A DNA stretch of 64,000 nucleotides. Origin: Octopus vulgaris (Eukaryota). Positions within the stretch are counted from its first letter, which is position 1; each line of letters starts with the position of its first letter. The notes under the pieces were generated by a model. The model was given only the letters and a program-made list of their open reading frames with translations, ran no database searches and had not been told where the DNA came from. Where the stretch lies: the NCBI GenBank assembly GCA_951406725.2, contig OX597841.1, positions 25,854,001 through 25,918,000 on the forward strand, read 5' to 3'. Shown here piece after piece: positions 24,834-37,020 of the stretch. Both the position numbers and the translations under genes were made by a program.

Positions 24834-25103
24834 TCTTTTACGTTTCGAGCCTACGCTCTTCGACAGAAAGATACACAGAAAAAAACAAGGAGAGAAACAA
24901 AAAAGTCTTTTACGTTTCGAGCCTACGCTCTTCGACAGAAAGATACACAGAAAAAAACAAGGAGAGAAACAAAAAAGTCTTTGACGCAAAAAAGTCTTTG
25001 ACGTTTCGAGCCTACGCTCTTCGACAGAAAGATACACAGAAAAAACAAGGAGAGAAATAAAAAAGTCTTTTACGTTTCGAGCCTTCGCTCTTCGACAGAA
25101 AGA
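24834..25103 (-). ncRNA. Tandem array of four minimal type I hammerhead motifs in a Penelope-like short element (~24735-25165)
   Basis: Minus strand TCTTT-CTGTCGA-A-GAGC-GTAG-GCTC-GAAAC-GTA-AAAGA at 24834-24871, 24906-24943, 24995-25032 (GTC triplet) and 25066-25103 (loop GAAG). ~72-bp period. Confidence 0.7.
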
Positions 25104-25177
25104 TACACAGAAAAAAACAAGGAGAGAAAAAAATGCGTGTAGGAGCTAACGATCTATCATGGCGTTTTGTATATGTA

Positions 25178-25407
25178 GATGGATAGCCAGATAGACAGAT
25201 AGATAGATAGACACACATAAATAAATTGATTGATTGATAGATAGATAGACAGAAAGAAAGAAAGAATGACAGACAGACAGACAGACAGTCAGATAGATAG
25301 ATAGATAGATAGATAGTGATAGATAGATAGATAGATAGATAGAGATAGATAGATAGAGATAGATAGATAGATAGGTAGGTAGGTAGATAGATAGGTAGGT
25401 AGATAGG

Positions 25408-25439
<32 letters not shown>

Positions 25440-25530
25440 CAGAGATAGATTGATAGATAGATAGATAGACAGACAGATAGATATACAGATAGATAGACAG
25501 AGAGGTAGATATATAAATGGACAGATAGAC
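25178..25530. repeat. (GATA)/(GACA)/(GGTA) tetranucleotide microsatellite
   Basis: Direct inspection; a similar tract lies at 24560-24720. Confidence 0.9.
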
Positions 25531-25999
25531 AAAGAAGCTATTTATCAAAACAAGGCCTTTTTCCCCCTTCGTCTGTTGTTGTTTTCCGTTCCGCAGAAAA
25601 TTCCGCTGTAATTTATTACGGACAAACACTTTATTAAAAGCAACACTTTATTAATGGTGCTAATCAAGACGAGGAATCGTCTGTCGAGATTAATCATTAC
25701 ATAAGGGTCGAGAGGAGCGGGGACGAGGATCCCTCCTTGCCTCCCCCCACCACCACAACCGCCACACCCCTTTCTGCATCATTCCGACTGGAACTCTTTT
25801 GCCCCCTTTTATTCCCCACCCCCTCTCTCTCTCTCTTCATCTCTGTCATTCTCCATCTCTCTTTGTATATATATACATACATACATACACGTTTTATATA
25901 TATATATATATATACATACATGCACATATACACACACACACACATATATTTGATATTTTTCACTTGTTTTCTTCCTTCTGCCTTCATACTTTTGTTAAT

Positions 26000-27130
26000 C
26001 ATCCTTCTTCTTCTTCTTTCATTCTTCTTTTCTTCTTCTTCTTCCTTCTACTTCTTCTTTCATTCTTCTTCTTCTTTCATTCTTCGTCTTCTTCTTCTTT
26101 CATTCTTCTTCTTCTTCTTCTTTCATTCTTCTTTCTTCTTCTTCTTTCATTCTTCTTCTTCATCTTTCATTCTTCTTCTTTCATTCTACTTTCATTCTTC
26201 TTCTTTTCTTCTTCTTCTTCTTCTTTCATTCTTCTTCTCTTCTTATTCTTTCATTCTCCTTCTTCTTCTTCTACTTCTTCTTTTACTTCTTCTTCTTTCA
26301 TTCTTCTTCTTCTTCTTCTTCTTTCATTCTTCTTCTCTTCTTCTTCTTTCATTCTTCTTCTTCTTCTTCTTTCATTCTTCTTCTTCTTCTTCTTCTTTCA
26401 TTCTTCTTCTCTTCTTATTCTTTCATTCTCCTTCTTCTTCTTTTTCTTCTTCATCTTTCATTCTTCTTCTTTCATTCTACTTTCATTCTTCTTCTTCTTC
26501 ATCTTTAATTTTTCTTGTTATTGTCTTTCTTCTCCTTTCTGCTGTCTCCTCCTACTCCTCTTCTTCCTTTGCTTTCACCTCCTCCTACTCCTCTTCTTCC
26601 TTTGCTTCTCACTTTCTTCTCCTCTACTTCCATTCTCTTCTATTCTCATCCCCACCCTCCACATTACTCTCCTTCTATTTTCCATGCCTTCCCCTCCTTT
26701 CCATTTCACCCCCTCCCCACCTACCTTTTATTCATCCTACTTTCACTCTTTTGCTCCAACTTGTCTTCTTTCTTCAGCTTTCTTTTTCACATTTCTACTT
26801 GAATTCTCTCGTTCTCATTTGCAACTTCTGCCTCCCACCTTCCTCTTCTCCCTCCCACTTTTGTTTCGTCCCTCCCACGTTTGTTTTGTCCCTTCCACTT
26901 TTGTTTTTTCCCTCCCTATTCTATCTTCCTCCCCCTTTTGTTTTGCTCCTCCCACTTCTGTTTTGTCCCTCCTACTTTCGTCTAGTGCCTCCCACTTTTT
27001 GCCCCCCCCCCCACGTTTGTTGTATCCCTTTTACTTTTGTTGTAACCCTGCCACTTTTGTATTGCCCCTCCTACCTTTGTATTGCCCCTCCTACTTATGT
27101 CTCGTCCCGCCCATTTTCCCTACTTTCACT
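26000..27130. repeat. Polypyrimidine (TTC)n/ttcattc tract grading into a degenerate C/T-rich minisatellite
   Basis: Recurrent ctttcattcttctt units, then ttttgt..cccctcc..ctt units. Confidence 0.85.
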
Positions 27131-27499
27131 TTCATTTTCTAGCTTTCAATGTTGCTAATTTCCAACTCAATCTGCTAAAAATACCAGCAAACTATCCTTC
27201 CCACCTCAAACTACACCAAGGATGTTAGAAGTGTGAGTAAGTAGGGGGGCAGTGTTTGCACAAATGTAGGGGATAGGGGCAAGAGTTAGGAGAAACAGGG
27301 AGGGGATGAAAGAAGTGTCACTGAAAAGAAAAATATTTTTTAGTGTTAGGGGTAGGTTTTGATCTCAGTATCCTTAGCACTGGAGCAAGTAGTGGATGGC
27401 ATCTTGTCCAGTGCTCTAACCATTCTGTTGGTCCACCGGCCCTTGATGGGCATTTTATTTTATTGTTTCCGCTCATGGTCATCAATGTCTCCATCTTTG

Positions 27500-28258
27500 T
27501 GGATGTGATTATGCTCCTGCTCGTCCTTTCCTTTGCATTTGTACCTGCACTCAAACTTGTACTCATCCTTACCTTCACACTCATGCTTGCACTCACACTC
27601 ATGCTTGCATTCACACTCATGCTCTTCCTTGCACATGTGCTTGTTCTCAAACTTGTGCTCGTCCTTGCTCTCACACTCGTGCTTGCACTCACACTCATGC
27701 TCGTCCTTGCCCTTGTACCTGTGCTTGCATTCACACTCATGCTCATCCTTGCTCTCGCACTTGCGTCTGCACTCAAACTTGTGCTTGTCCTTTCTCTAAC
27801 ACTTCTGCTCGCACTCACATTTGTGCTTGCACTCACACTCATGCTTGCACACACACTCGTGCTTGCACTGAAACTCATGCTTGCACTTACACTTGTGCTT
27901 GCACTCACACTTGTGCTTGCACTCATACTCATGCTTGCACTCACACTTGTGCTTGCACTCACACATGCTCAACCTTGCACTCAAAGTTGTGCTTGTCCTT
28001 GCCCTCACATTTGTGCTTGCAATCACACTCATGCTTGCACTCACACTTTTGCTTGCACTCACACTCATCCTTGCCCCTATACTTGTGCTTGCACTCAAAC
28101 TTGTGCTCATCCTTGCCCTTGCACTAACACTTGTGCTCATCCTTGCTCTCACACTCGTGCTTGCACTCAAACTAGTGCATGCCCTTGTACTCATTCTTGC
28201 ACTCAAACTTGTGCTCATCCTTGCTCTTGCTCTCACACTCATGCTTACACTCACACTA
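27500..28258. repeat. Degenerate 18-bp (6-bp sub-period) minisatellite cttgcactcacactcatg
   Basis: Recurrent cttgca/ctcaca/ctcatg/cttgtg hexamers. Confidence 0.85.
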
Positions 28259-28436
28259 AAGTCCCCCTTTGTCTGGCTGACTATGGATTGGCGGTGGCGA
28301 GGAACATCCATGCTCACAGTCACCATTGCCCCTCAACCTGTCTCTGACAACTATGAAGGGGATGAAAGGAGGAAAGTAAGGGTGACCTCCCTGGGATTTG
28401 AACTCACAATGCAGAGGTACGGAGCAAATGTCACCA

Positions 28437-28830
28437 GGCGTAGGAGTGGCTGTGTAGTAAGTAGCTTGCTAACCAACCACATGGTTCCGGGTTCAGTCCC
28501 ACTGCGTGGCATCTTGGGCAAGTGTCTTCTGCTATAGCCCCGGGCCGACCAATGCCTTGTGAGTGGATTTGGTAGACGGAAACTGAAAGAAGCTTGTCGT
28601 ATATATGTATATATATATATATGTGTGTGTGTTTGTGTGTCTGTGTTTGTCCCCCTAGCATTGCTTGACAACTGATGCTGGTGTGTTTATGTACCCGTCA
28701 CTTAGCGGTCCAGCAAAAAGAGACCGATAGAATAAGTACTGGGCTTACAAAGAATAAGTCCTGGAGTCGATTTGCTCGACTAAAGGCGGTGCTCCAGCAT
28801 GGCCGCAGTCAAATGACTGGAACAAGTAAA
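28437..28830 (+). mobile_element. Family A SINE, full length, A-rich tail
   Basis: Matches the family A consensus. Confidence 0.85.
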
Positions 28831-29029
28831 ATAAAATAAAATAAAAAAAATAAAATAAAATAAAAAAAAATTAAATAAAATTTTAAAAAATTAAAAAAAG
28901 GTATTCTTTGCGATGTATTCTCATGACTGTGACTCTTGACTCTGTGACTCTTGACTCTGTGACTCTTGACTCTGTGTATGACAGCACAAAATATTAAAGT
29001 ATTGAAAAACTCTGTTCATTGCATTATTA

Positions 29030-30300
29030 TTACCACCACCAAAACAATACCCCATACAGCACTACCACCACCACCACCACAACTATCACTACAACCTCAA
29101 ACAGTATTACCACCATCACCACTAACACCATCACCAATACTGTCGCCAACAACACCATCACCACCACCACCGCCACCACCACCACTAACACTACCACCAC
29201 CAATACTGACATCACCACCACCACTACTGCTACCACCACCATCACCACCTCCAACACCAATATCAACACCACACCACCACACTACTACTATGTATACCAC
29301 TACAACTACCAACAACACTGTTCCATACAACAATATCACTGTCTTCATATACCTCACCACTGCCACCATCACTGTAACGACGAGCACCACCATCATAACC
29401 ACTACTACTATCACCACCACCACCACCACCATAACTACCACCACCACCACCACCAACACTTTCACCACTACTACCACCACCATCACAACAACAATGAGCA
29501 CCAACATCATAACCACCACCATAACCACCACCACCACCACTACCATAACTACCACCACCACCACTACCATAACTACCACCACCACCACCACCATAACTAC
29601 CACCACCACCACCACCATCATCACTACCACCACCACTACCACCACCACCACCACCACCACCACCACCACTATCACCACCACGACCACCACTAGCATAACC
29701 ACCACCACCACCACCACCACCACTATCATAACCACCACCACCACTTTCACCACCACCACTATCATAACCACCACCACCATAACTACCACCACCACCACCA
29801 CTATCACCACCACCACCACCACCACTTTCACCACCACCACTATCATAACCACCACCACCATAACCACCACCACCACCACCACTAGCAGCACCACCACCAC
29901 CACCACCACTATCACCACCACCACCACTTTCACCACCACCACTACCATAACTACCACCACCACCACCACCACCATCACCACCACCACCACCACTTTCACC
30001 ACCACCACCACCATAACTACCACCACCACTTTCACCACCACCACTATCATAACCACCACCATCAACGTTATCCAGAACACCACCACCACCACCTCCCTCA
30101 GCAGCATCACCACCGCCACCACCAAGAACAACAATAAGACCACCAACATCACAAATGCCATCAATACCATCACCACCACCACCACCATCATAAGCACCAC
30201 CGCCAACATTATCCAGAACACCACCACCACCACCACCAGCAACATCAATCCAACCACCATCCACAGCAACACCACCACAACACAACTATAACAACCACAA
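29030..30300. repeat. Degenerate (ACC)n trinucleotide tract
   Basis: Direct inspection. Similar tracts at 4.9-5.1, 14.1-14.4, 16.0-16.5 and 42.8-43.3 kb, and inverted at 39.8-40.2 kb. Confidence 0.9.
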
Positions 30301-30626
30301 ACCAACCAACCAACCAACCAACCACCCAGCCAGCCAACCATCCAACCATCCGACCAACGAACCGACAAACCAACCATACAGCCACCACCACCACCGCCGC
30401 TGCCGCCTCCACTGCCCCTGCTGCAGCATCCACCACCGTCTCCGCATTCGCCACCACGACAACCATTGAGCTGGCTGATCAATGACGTTGATCTCTTAAT
30501 CCGCGTGGCCGCGTTAACACGGCAGTAGTCCGGTGTCTCGAGCCAAGATCGGCAACGGTGCAGTGACCAGAACGGAATCCGACAGAAAAAGGACCATAGC
30601 GCACACACACACACACACACACGTGT

Positions 30627-30674
<48 letters not shown>

Positions 30675-30775
30675 TTGTATGTGTGTGAGTGTGTGTGTGT
30701 GGCTTGAGTAGCTGCTGGACTTTGAGAGTAGCCGGAGTGAAAATGAAGTTGAATATATATATATATATATGTGTG

Positions 30776-30812
<37 letters not shown>

Positions 30813-31175
30813 ATATATATATATATGTATGTATATATATATGTGTATATATAGATATATGTATGTATATATATATGTGTATATATAGATATATGTATGT
30901 ATATATATATGTGTATATATAGATATATGTATGTATATATATATGTGTATATATAGATATATGTATGTGTTTATATATACGTGTGTATTTATATATGTGT
31001 GTATATATGTATATATATGTATATATATGTGTATATATGTGTGTGTATATATATATATATACATACAGTGTAAATGAATGCATTTGTATATATATGTGTA
31101 TGTGTGTGTGTTTGTGTGCATATGTATGTATAATATAAATGTTTGTATATATAATATAATATATATATTTATACC

Positions 31176-31238
<63 letters not shown>

Positions 31239-31320
31239 TGTATGTATGTATACATACATACATACATATATATATATTATCATAACTTGCTTCTGGTGAT
31301 TTTAGTCTCATATAAGTATA

Positions 31321-31373
<53 letters not shown>

Positions 31374-31656
31374 CTCACACACACACACACATATATATAC
31401 ACACATATATGTATGTATGTATGTATGACCAGAACTGGACTGTGGCCAGCTGCTATATCAGCAGTGAAGTGTGAGTTGTGTGTGTGTGTTTGTGTGGTGG
31501 TGGTGGTGGTAATGGTATTGGTGGTGGTGGTGGTTTGTGGGGTGGTGGTGGTGGAGCAAGGAGGCATGTAGAAGAGAGAGTGGGGGGAGGCACTGGATAA
31601 ACGGTCCGTGGATGTTTGTGTGTGTATGTGTAACTTTACATTTATGTAGATAGGTA

Positions 31657-31714
<58 letters not shown>

Positions 31715-31956
31715 TATGTTTGTATATATGGCTGTATATATGCATATAAGTAGGTATGTGTGTAATATACGTTTTGTAATATACACTGACATATGGCTTG
31801 GCCTGTGTGTGTGTATATATATATGTCTATGTATGTATATGAATATATATATATATATGTCTGTGAATATATATATTCTAAAGCAGATAATATGATTATT
31901 TACACACCTCTGAATTTATATATATATATATATATATATATATCTTGATGATATTG

Positions 31957-32013
<57 letters not shown>

Positions 32014-32275
32014 CACATACACACACACACATATGATCTATGACATATATGTATAGTATGATATATAACATTATATGCTATATACATACATAAATACATA
32101 CAGGTATATACATGCACACACATCTATTGCACAAAGTTCATATATATATATATATATAATATAAATGAAATATATATACATATGGATGTATGCATATGTG
32201 TATATATATGCATATATGTATGTATACATTTATATGTGTCCATATGTATGTATGTATATATACATGTATGTATGA

Positions 32276-32393
<118 letters not shown>

Positions 32394-32664
32394 AACATAA
32401 ATACATATGTAATTATATATCCGTGTGCACACACACACACACACACACAGTCTTCTTACAAAATAAATCTACACAGATAGATGCTGACAGACACACAGAC
32501 AGAATGCCGGATTTCTTAACAAAAAGAACAAATATTGAGTTATTAGGCAGATAGACAATCCATGGCATTCAACCATGGTGGTCGGATATTGGGTCATAGT
32601 AAGCATATGATGATGAAGATGCTGTTGATAGTGGTGATGGTAATGGTGATAATGTATCTGTGAA

Positions 32665-32985
32665 GGTGCAATGGCCCAGTGGTTAGGGCAGCAGACTCAC
32701 GGTCGGGGGATCGCGGTTTCGATTCCCAGACCGGGCTTTGTGTGTGTTTATTGAGAGAAAACACCTAAAGCTCCATGAGGCTCCGGCAAGGGGTGGTAGC
32801 GATCCCTGTTGTACGCTTTCATCACAACCTTCTCTCACTCTTTCTTCCTGTTTCTTGAGTAACGCTGCGATGGACTGGTGTCCCGTCCAGCTGGGGGAAC
32901 ACATACGCCACAGAAACCGGGAAACCGGGCCCATGAGATGGCTAGGCTTGAAAAGGGTGCATAAATAAAATAATAAAAATAAATA
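32665..32985 (+). mobile_element. Family E tRNA-derived SINE
   Basis: A box tggcccagtgg, B-box-like ggtttcgattccc, domain ctgcgatggactggtgtcccgtccag, A-rich tail. Related copy at 51341. Confidence 0.75.
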
Positions 32986-33250
32986 TAAATACATATATAT
33001 ATATAGCATAATTAAATCTCAGAATGAGATTGAAACAGTAATCGCTCGATAATATAAAGTATAGAAGCCATCTTATCATGGCTAACCACATTGGGGAGGG
33101 GGTGTTACTGTAGCTTTTTAGCCCCAAGAGATCGTCGTCTCTAGCTGGCTTTAGACACAATATCAGTGCCCTTGGAGTATTTGCAAAGGGAGGCCATCCC
33201 TTCCTCGCAAGCCTGAGTGATATGCTCGAACTAGTTTCGGGATTTTCTGG

Positions 33251-33293
<43 letters not shown>

Positions 33294-33383
33294 CGCTGCG
33301 GGATTATATATATATATGAAAACACAACAACACGAGGACGTGGAACAAGTATAGTATTATTGGACCCTCAGGAAAGAAGGAGG

Positions 33384-33418
33384 GTTTAACGTTTTGAGCG
33401 GAGCTCTTCATCAGAAAC
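33384..33418 (-). ncRNA. Minimal hammerhead motif (G12A) in a short Penelope-like element (~33318-33482)
   Basis: Minus strand GTTT-CTGATGA-A-GAGC-TCC-GCTC-AAAAC-GTT-AAAC. The element is homologous to 57457-57660. Confidence 0.65.
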
Positions 33419-33509
33419 ATAGGAAAAGGAAAGATCCAAGGAAGGGTAGACGGGAGAAAAAAAACGCCAACAATACACAGAGTAAGAGAGAGAGAGAGAG
33501 AGAGAAGGA

Positions 33510-34248
33510 GATTATAGTTGTGGCTGGCACCAATGTCGCGTAACTGGCACGTGAAAAGCACCCTTCAAATGATGAGCAATATGCTGTTTGTGAATACCTG
33601 TCAAGCCAAGCGAAATTGTAGTCATGGCTGATGCCAGTGCCACCTGACTGGCACCTGTGCTGGTGGCACGTAAAAAGCTCCATTTGAGTGTTGGGCCTCA
33701 TAAAGGCAGTGACAGGTGACTGATACCTATTTGTTTACTACCCACAAGGGGCTAAACACAGAGGGGACAAACAAGGACAGACAAACGGGTTAAGTCGATT
33801 ATATCGACCCCAGTGTGTAACTGGTACTTATTTAATCGACCCCGAAAGGATGAAAGGCAAAGTCGACCTCGGTGGAATTTGAACTCGGAACGTAGCGGCA
33901 GATGAAATACCGCTAAGCATTTCGCCCGACATGCTAACGTTTCTGCCAGCTCGCCGCCTGGTGACCGATACCTTTGGCGATATACTGTGCTTCTGTAAAC
34001 CTGTCAAGCCAAGTGAGACGGTAGTCAGGGCTAATGCCAGTGTAAGGTCAGTGGCACCCATACTGGTGGCATGTAAAAATCACCCACTACACTCTTGGAA
34101 TGGTTGGTGTTAGGAAAGGGGACCCAGCTGTAGAAACTATGCCATATCAGGTTGGAACCTGGTGCAGCTCCCTGGCTTACCAGTTTTCAGTCAAATTGTC
34201 CAACCCCTGTCAGCATAGAAAATGGACATTAAATGATGAAGATGATGA
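33510..34248 (+). mobile_element. Older family B element hosting a family D insertion
   Basis: gccagtgccacctgactggc module, body and gatga tail, all diverged. Confidence 0.7.
33729..33959 (-). mobile_element. Family D SINE, full length, with 14-bp target-site duplication
   Basis: Flanked by ggtgactgatacct (33715-33728) and ggtgaccgatacct (33960-33973). Confidence 0.85.
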
Positions 34249-34270
34249 GAGAGAAAGAGAGAGAGAAGAT

Positions 34271-34960
34271 GCCCTTCTGTCGTCATGAATGACCATGGCA
34301 CTGCACCTAGAAAGTTACCCTCCAAGGCACAAGTCTGGACAAGGTTGTTGATGGAAGACCAGCAGGAGTGGCTGTGTGGTAAGTAGCTTGCTAACCAACC
34401 ACATGGTTCCGGGTTCAGTCCCACTGCGTGGCATCTTGGGCAAGTGTCTTCTACTTTAGCCCCGGGCCGACCAATGCCTTTTGAGTGGATTTGGTAGACG
34501 GAAACTGAAAGAAGCCTGTTGTATATATGTATATATATATATAAGTGTGTGTGTATATGTTTGTGTGTCTGTGTTTGTCCCTACAACGTTGCTTGACAAC
34601 CGATGCTGGTGTGTTTACGTCCCCGTCACCTAGCGGTTCGGCAAAAAGAGACCGATAGAATAAGTACTGGGCTTACAAAGAATAAGTCCCGGGGGTCGAT
34701 TTGCTCGACTACAGGCGGTGCTCCAGCATGGCCGCAGTCAAATGACTGAAACAAGTAAAAGAGTAAAAGAGTAAAGAGAGTCACCTAAGCATACCAGTCT
34801 CCTCTCTCCATGCCATTGATGTTATCCAAGGGAAAGGCAAAAGGGCCGATGCAGCTTGGCACCAGTGATGTCACAACTCATTTCTACAGCTGAGAGAACT
34901 GGAGCAACCTGAAATAAAGTGTCTTGCTCAAGAACACAATACACAGCCCACTCCAGGAAT
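34271..34960 (-). mobile_element. CORE-type SINE interrupted by a full family A copy (34362-34780, +)
   Basis: Minus strand gtgttcttgagcaagacacttta...ccagttctctcagctgtagaaatgagt resembles the CORE domain. Confidence 0.6.
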
Positions 34961-35158
34961 TCTTGGCTTTATGGGTATCATGAAAGATGTGGTTGGAGGC
35001 TCAACCTTCTGGGTTCTTTTACAGGGCTTAGAAAAACTGAAGGACCGCTGCTATAACTGTGTGGATCTGAGAGGAGAATATGTTTAATAGAATCATAATT
35101 GACTGATCCTCCTCTATTTTCTTTTACTCAAAGATTGGAACTTTTCAGCACTCCTTCA
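34961..35158 (+). mobile_element. Mariner-derived non-autonomous remnant
   Basis: Reads GLEKLKDRCYNCVDLRGEYV* (mariner C-terminus) followed by TIR-like ggaacttttcagcactcc. Homologous to 35636-35830. Confidence 0.6.
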
Positions 35159-35227
35159 TGTGTGTGTGTGTGAATCATCATCATTTAACATCCAACTTCC
35201 ATTAAACGATGATGATTTATATATATA

Positions 35228-35623
35228 CTAGCAGTATCGCCCGGCGTTGCTCTGGTTTGTAAGGGAAATAACTATACAGCATTTTTAGAGAGTTATAGCC
35301 AAAAAATAGCAAAAAAATGCATTAAAAATGGAAAAAATATGATGGTAAATTTTTTTTTAAATCGTTGACTCATCGTAGACATTTTTAGAGAGTTACTTCC
35401 CTTTAAAAACATATGCATGAAAATGGAAAAAAATGATATTAAATTATTTTTAAAATCGTAGACTCATTGTAGACAAGCGCTAATACCCAGAAGGGCTCGA
35501 TATGAATCACAACTATAAGATACCCGGTTTTGGTTAAACTGCACCGCAAAATGTGGGAGTAGTTAGGAATCTAAATTGAAGGGGACAGACACTCACACAA
35601 CTACAGTTTTTTATATATAAAGG
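35228..35623 (-). mobile_element. Non-autonomous Helitron-type element (family H1)
   Basis: a|ctagcagtatcgcccggcgttgctctgg (3' CTAG plus hairpin on the minus strand); near-identical to 44418-44815. The 5' terminus reads CC rather than TC. Confidence 0.75.
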
Positions 35624-35635
35624 TGTATAGGGATA

Positions 35636-35830
35636 TACAAGGGAGTACCAAAAAGTTCCTGGCTTAAAGGGTATTGTGAAAGAACTAGATGGAGGCCAAA
35701 CTTCCAAGTTTTTTTTACAGGGATTAGTAAAACTGAAGGACCATTGCAATAAGTGTGTGAATCAGAGAGGGGGATATGTTGAATAAAATCATAATTAACT
35801 GAACCACCTTTGTGTTTGAACGTACACTGT
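35636..35830 (+). mobile_element. Mariner-derived non-autonomous remnant
   Basis: TIR-like tacaagggagtaccaaaaagttcc; reads QGLVKLKDHCNKCVNQRGGYVE*. Confidence 0.6.
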
Positions 35831-35859
35831 ATTCTTCTATATATGAATATATGTATCTG

Positions 35860-36604
35860 AAGATGCCAGCGCCCTCCTTGACTGGCTTCTGCGCCGGTGG
35901 CACCTTAAAAGCACCATCCGAATGTGGCCGATGCCAGCGCCACCTTGACTGGTTTCTATGCCAGTGATACATAAAAGACACCATCTGAACGTGGCCGATG
36001 CCAGTGCCGCCTTGACTGGCTTCTGTGCCAGTGGCACGTAAAAAGCACCATCCGAACGTGGCTGATGCCAGTGCCACCTTGACTGGTTTCTGTGCCAGTG
36101 GAATGTAAAAAGCACCATCCGAACGTGGCCGATGCCAGCGCCACCTTGACTGGCTTCTGTGCCAGTGGAACGTAAAAAGCACCATCCGAACGTGGCCGAT
36201 GCCAGTGCCACCTTGACTGGTTTCTGTGCCGTTGGCACATAAAAAGCACCATCCTAACGTGGCCGATGCCAGCGCCGCCTTGACTGGCTTCTGTGCCGGT
36301 GGCACATAAAAGACACCATCTGAACGTGGCCGATGCCAGTGCCGCCTTGACTGGCTTCTGTGCCAGTGGCACATAAAAAGCACCAACCGATCGTGGCTGA
36401 TGCTAGACTCCCCTGGTACCTGTGCTGGTGGCGCGTATAAAGCACTCACTACACTCACGGAGTGGTTGGCGTTAGGAAGGGCATCCAGCTGTAGAAACAC
36501 TGCCAGATCAGACTGGAGCCTGGTGCAGCGTCCTGGCTTCCCAGATCCCGGTCGAACCGTCCAACCCATGCTAGCACGGAAAACGGACGTTAAACGATGA
36601 TGAT
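35860..36604 (+). mobile_element. Family B element with 9 x 67-bp internal array
   Basis: gatgc(c/t)ag at 35862, 35930, 35997, 36064, 36131, 36198, 36265, 36332, 36399, then the body and (GAT)n tail. Confidence 0.85.
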
Positions 36605-36612
36605 ATATATAT

Positions 36613-37020
36613 CTGGCAGACATGTTAGCGCGCCGGGCAAAATGCTTAGCAATATTTTTCGTCTGTCGTTACGTTCTGAGTTCAAATTCCGCCGAGGTCA
36701 ACTTTGCCTTTCATCATTTCGGGGTCGATAAATAAAGTACCAGTTTCGCACTGGGGGTGATATAATCGACTCAACCCCTTCGTCTGTCCTTGTTTGTCCC
36801 CTCTATGTTTAGCCCCTTATGGGTAGTAAAGAAATAGGTATTTCGTCTGCCGCTACGTTCTGAGTTCAAATTCCGCCGAGGTTGACTTTGCCTTTCATCC
36901 TTTCGGGGTCGATAAATAAAGTACCAGTTTCGCACTGGGGGCGATATAATCGACTCAACCCCTTCGTCTGTCCTTGTTTGTCCCCTCTATGTTTAGCCCC
37001 TTGTGGGCAGTAAAGAAATA
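36613..37020 (+). mobile_element. Family D SINE with ~184-bp tandem duplication of its 3' part
   Basis: tcgtctg..g.tacgttctgagttcaaattcc occurs at ~36659 and ~36843. Confidence 0.8.

Noticed and set aside
25737-27158. 473-aa and 447-aa F/S/L-rich ORFs
   Set aside because: Polypyrimidine tract read-through.
28966-31283. Mucin-like poly-Thr, His-rich and Gly-rich ORFs
   Set aside because: An (ACC)n tract open in most frames on both strands, with no signal peptide, domain or splice context.
32665-32735. tRNA gene (also the 51341-51405 and family A/D heads)
   Set aside because: A/B boxes are present but there is no clean cloverleaf or T-run terminator, and each continues into a SINE body.
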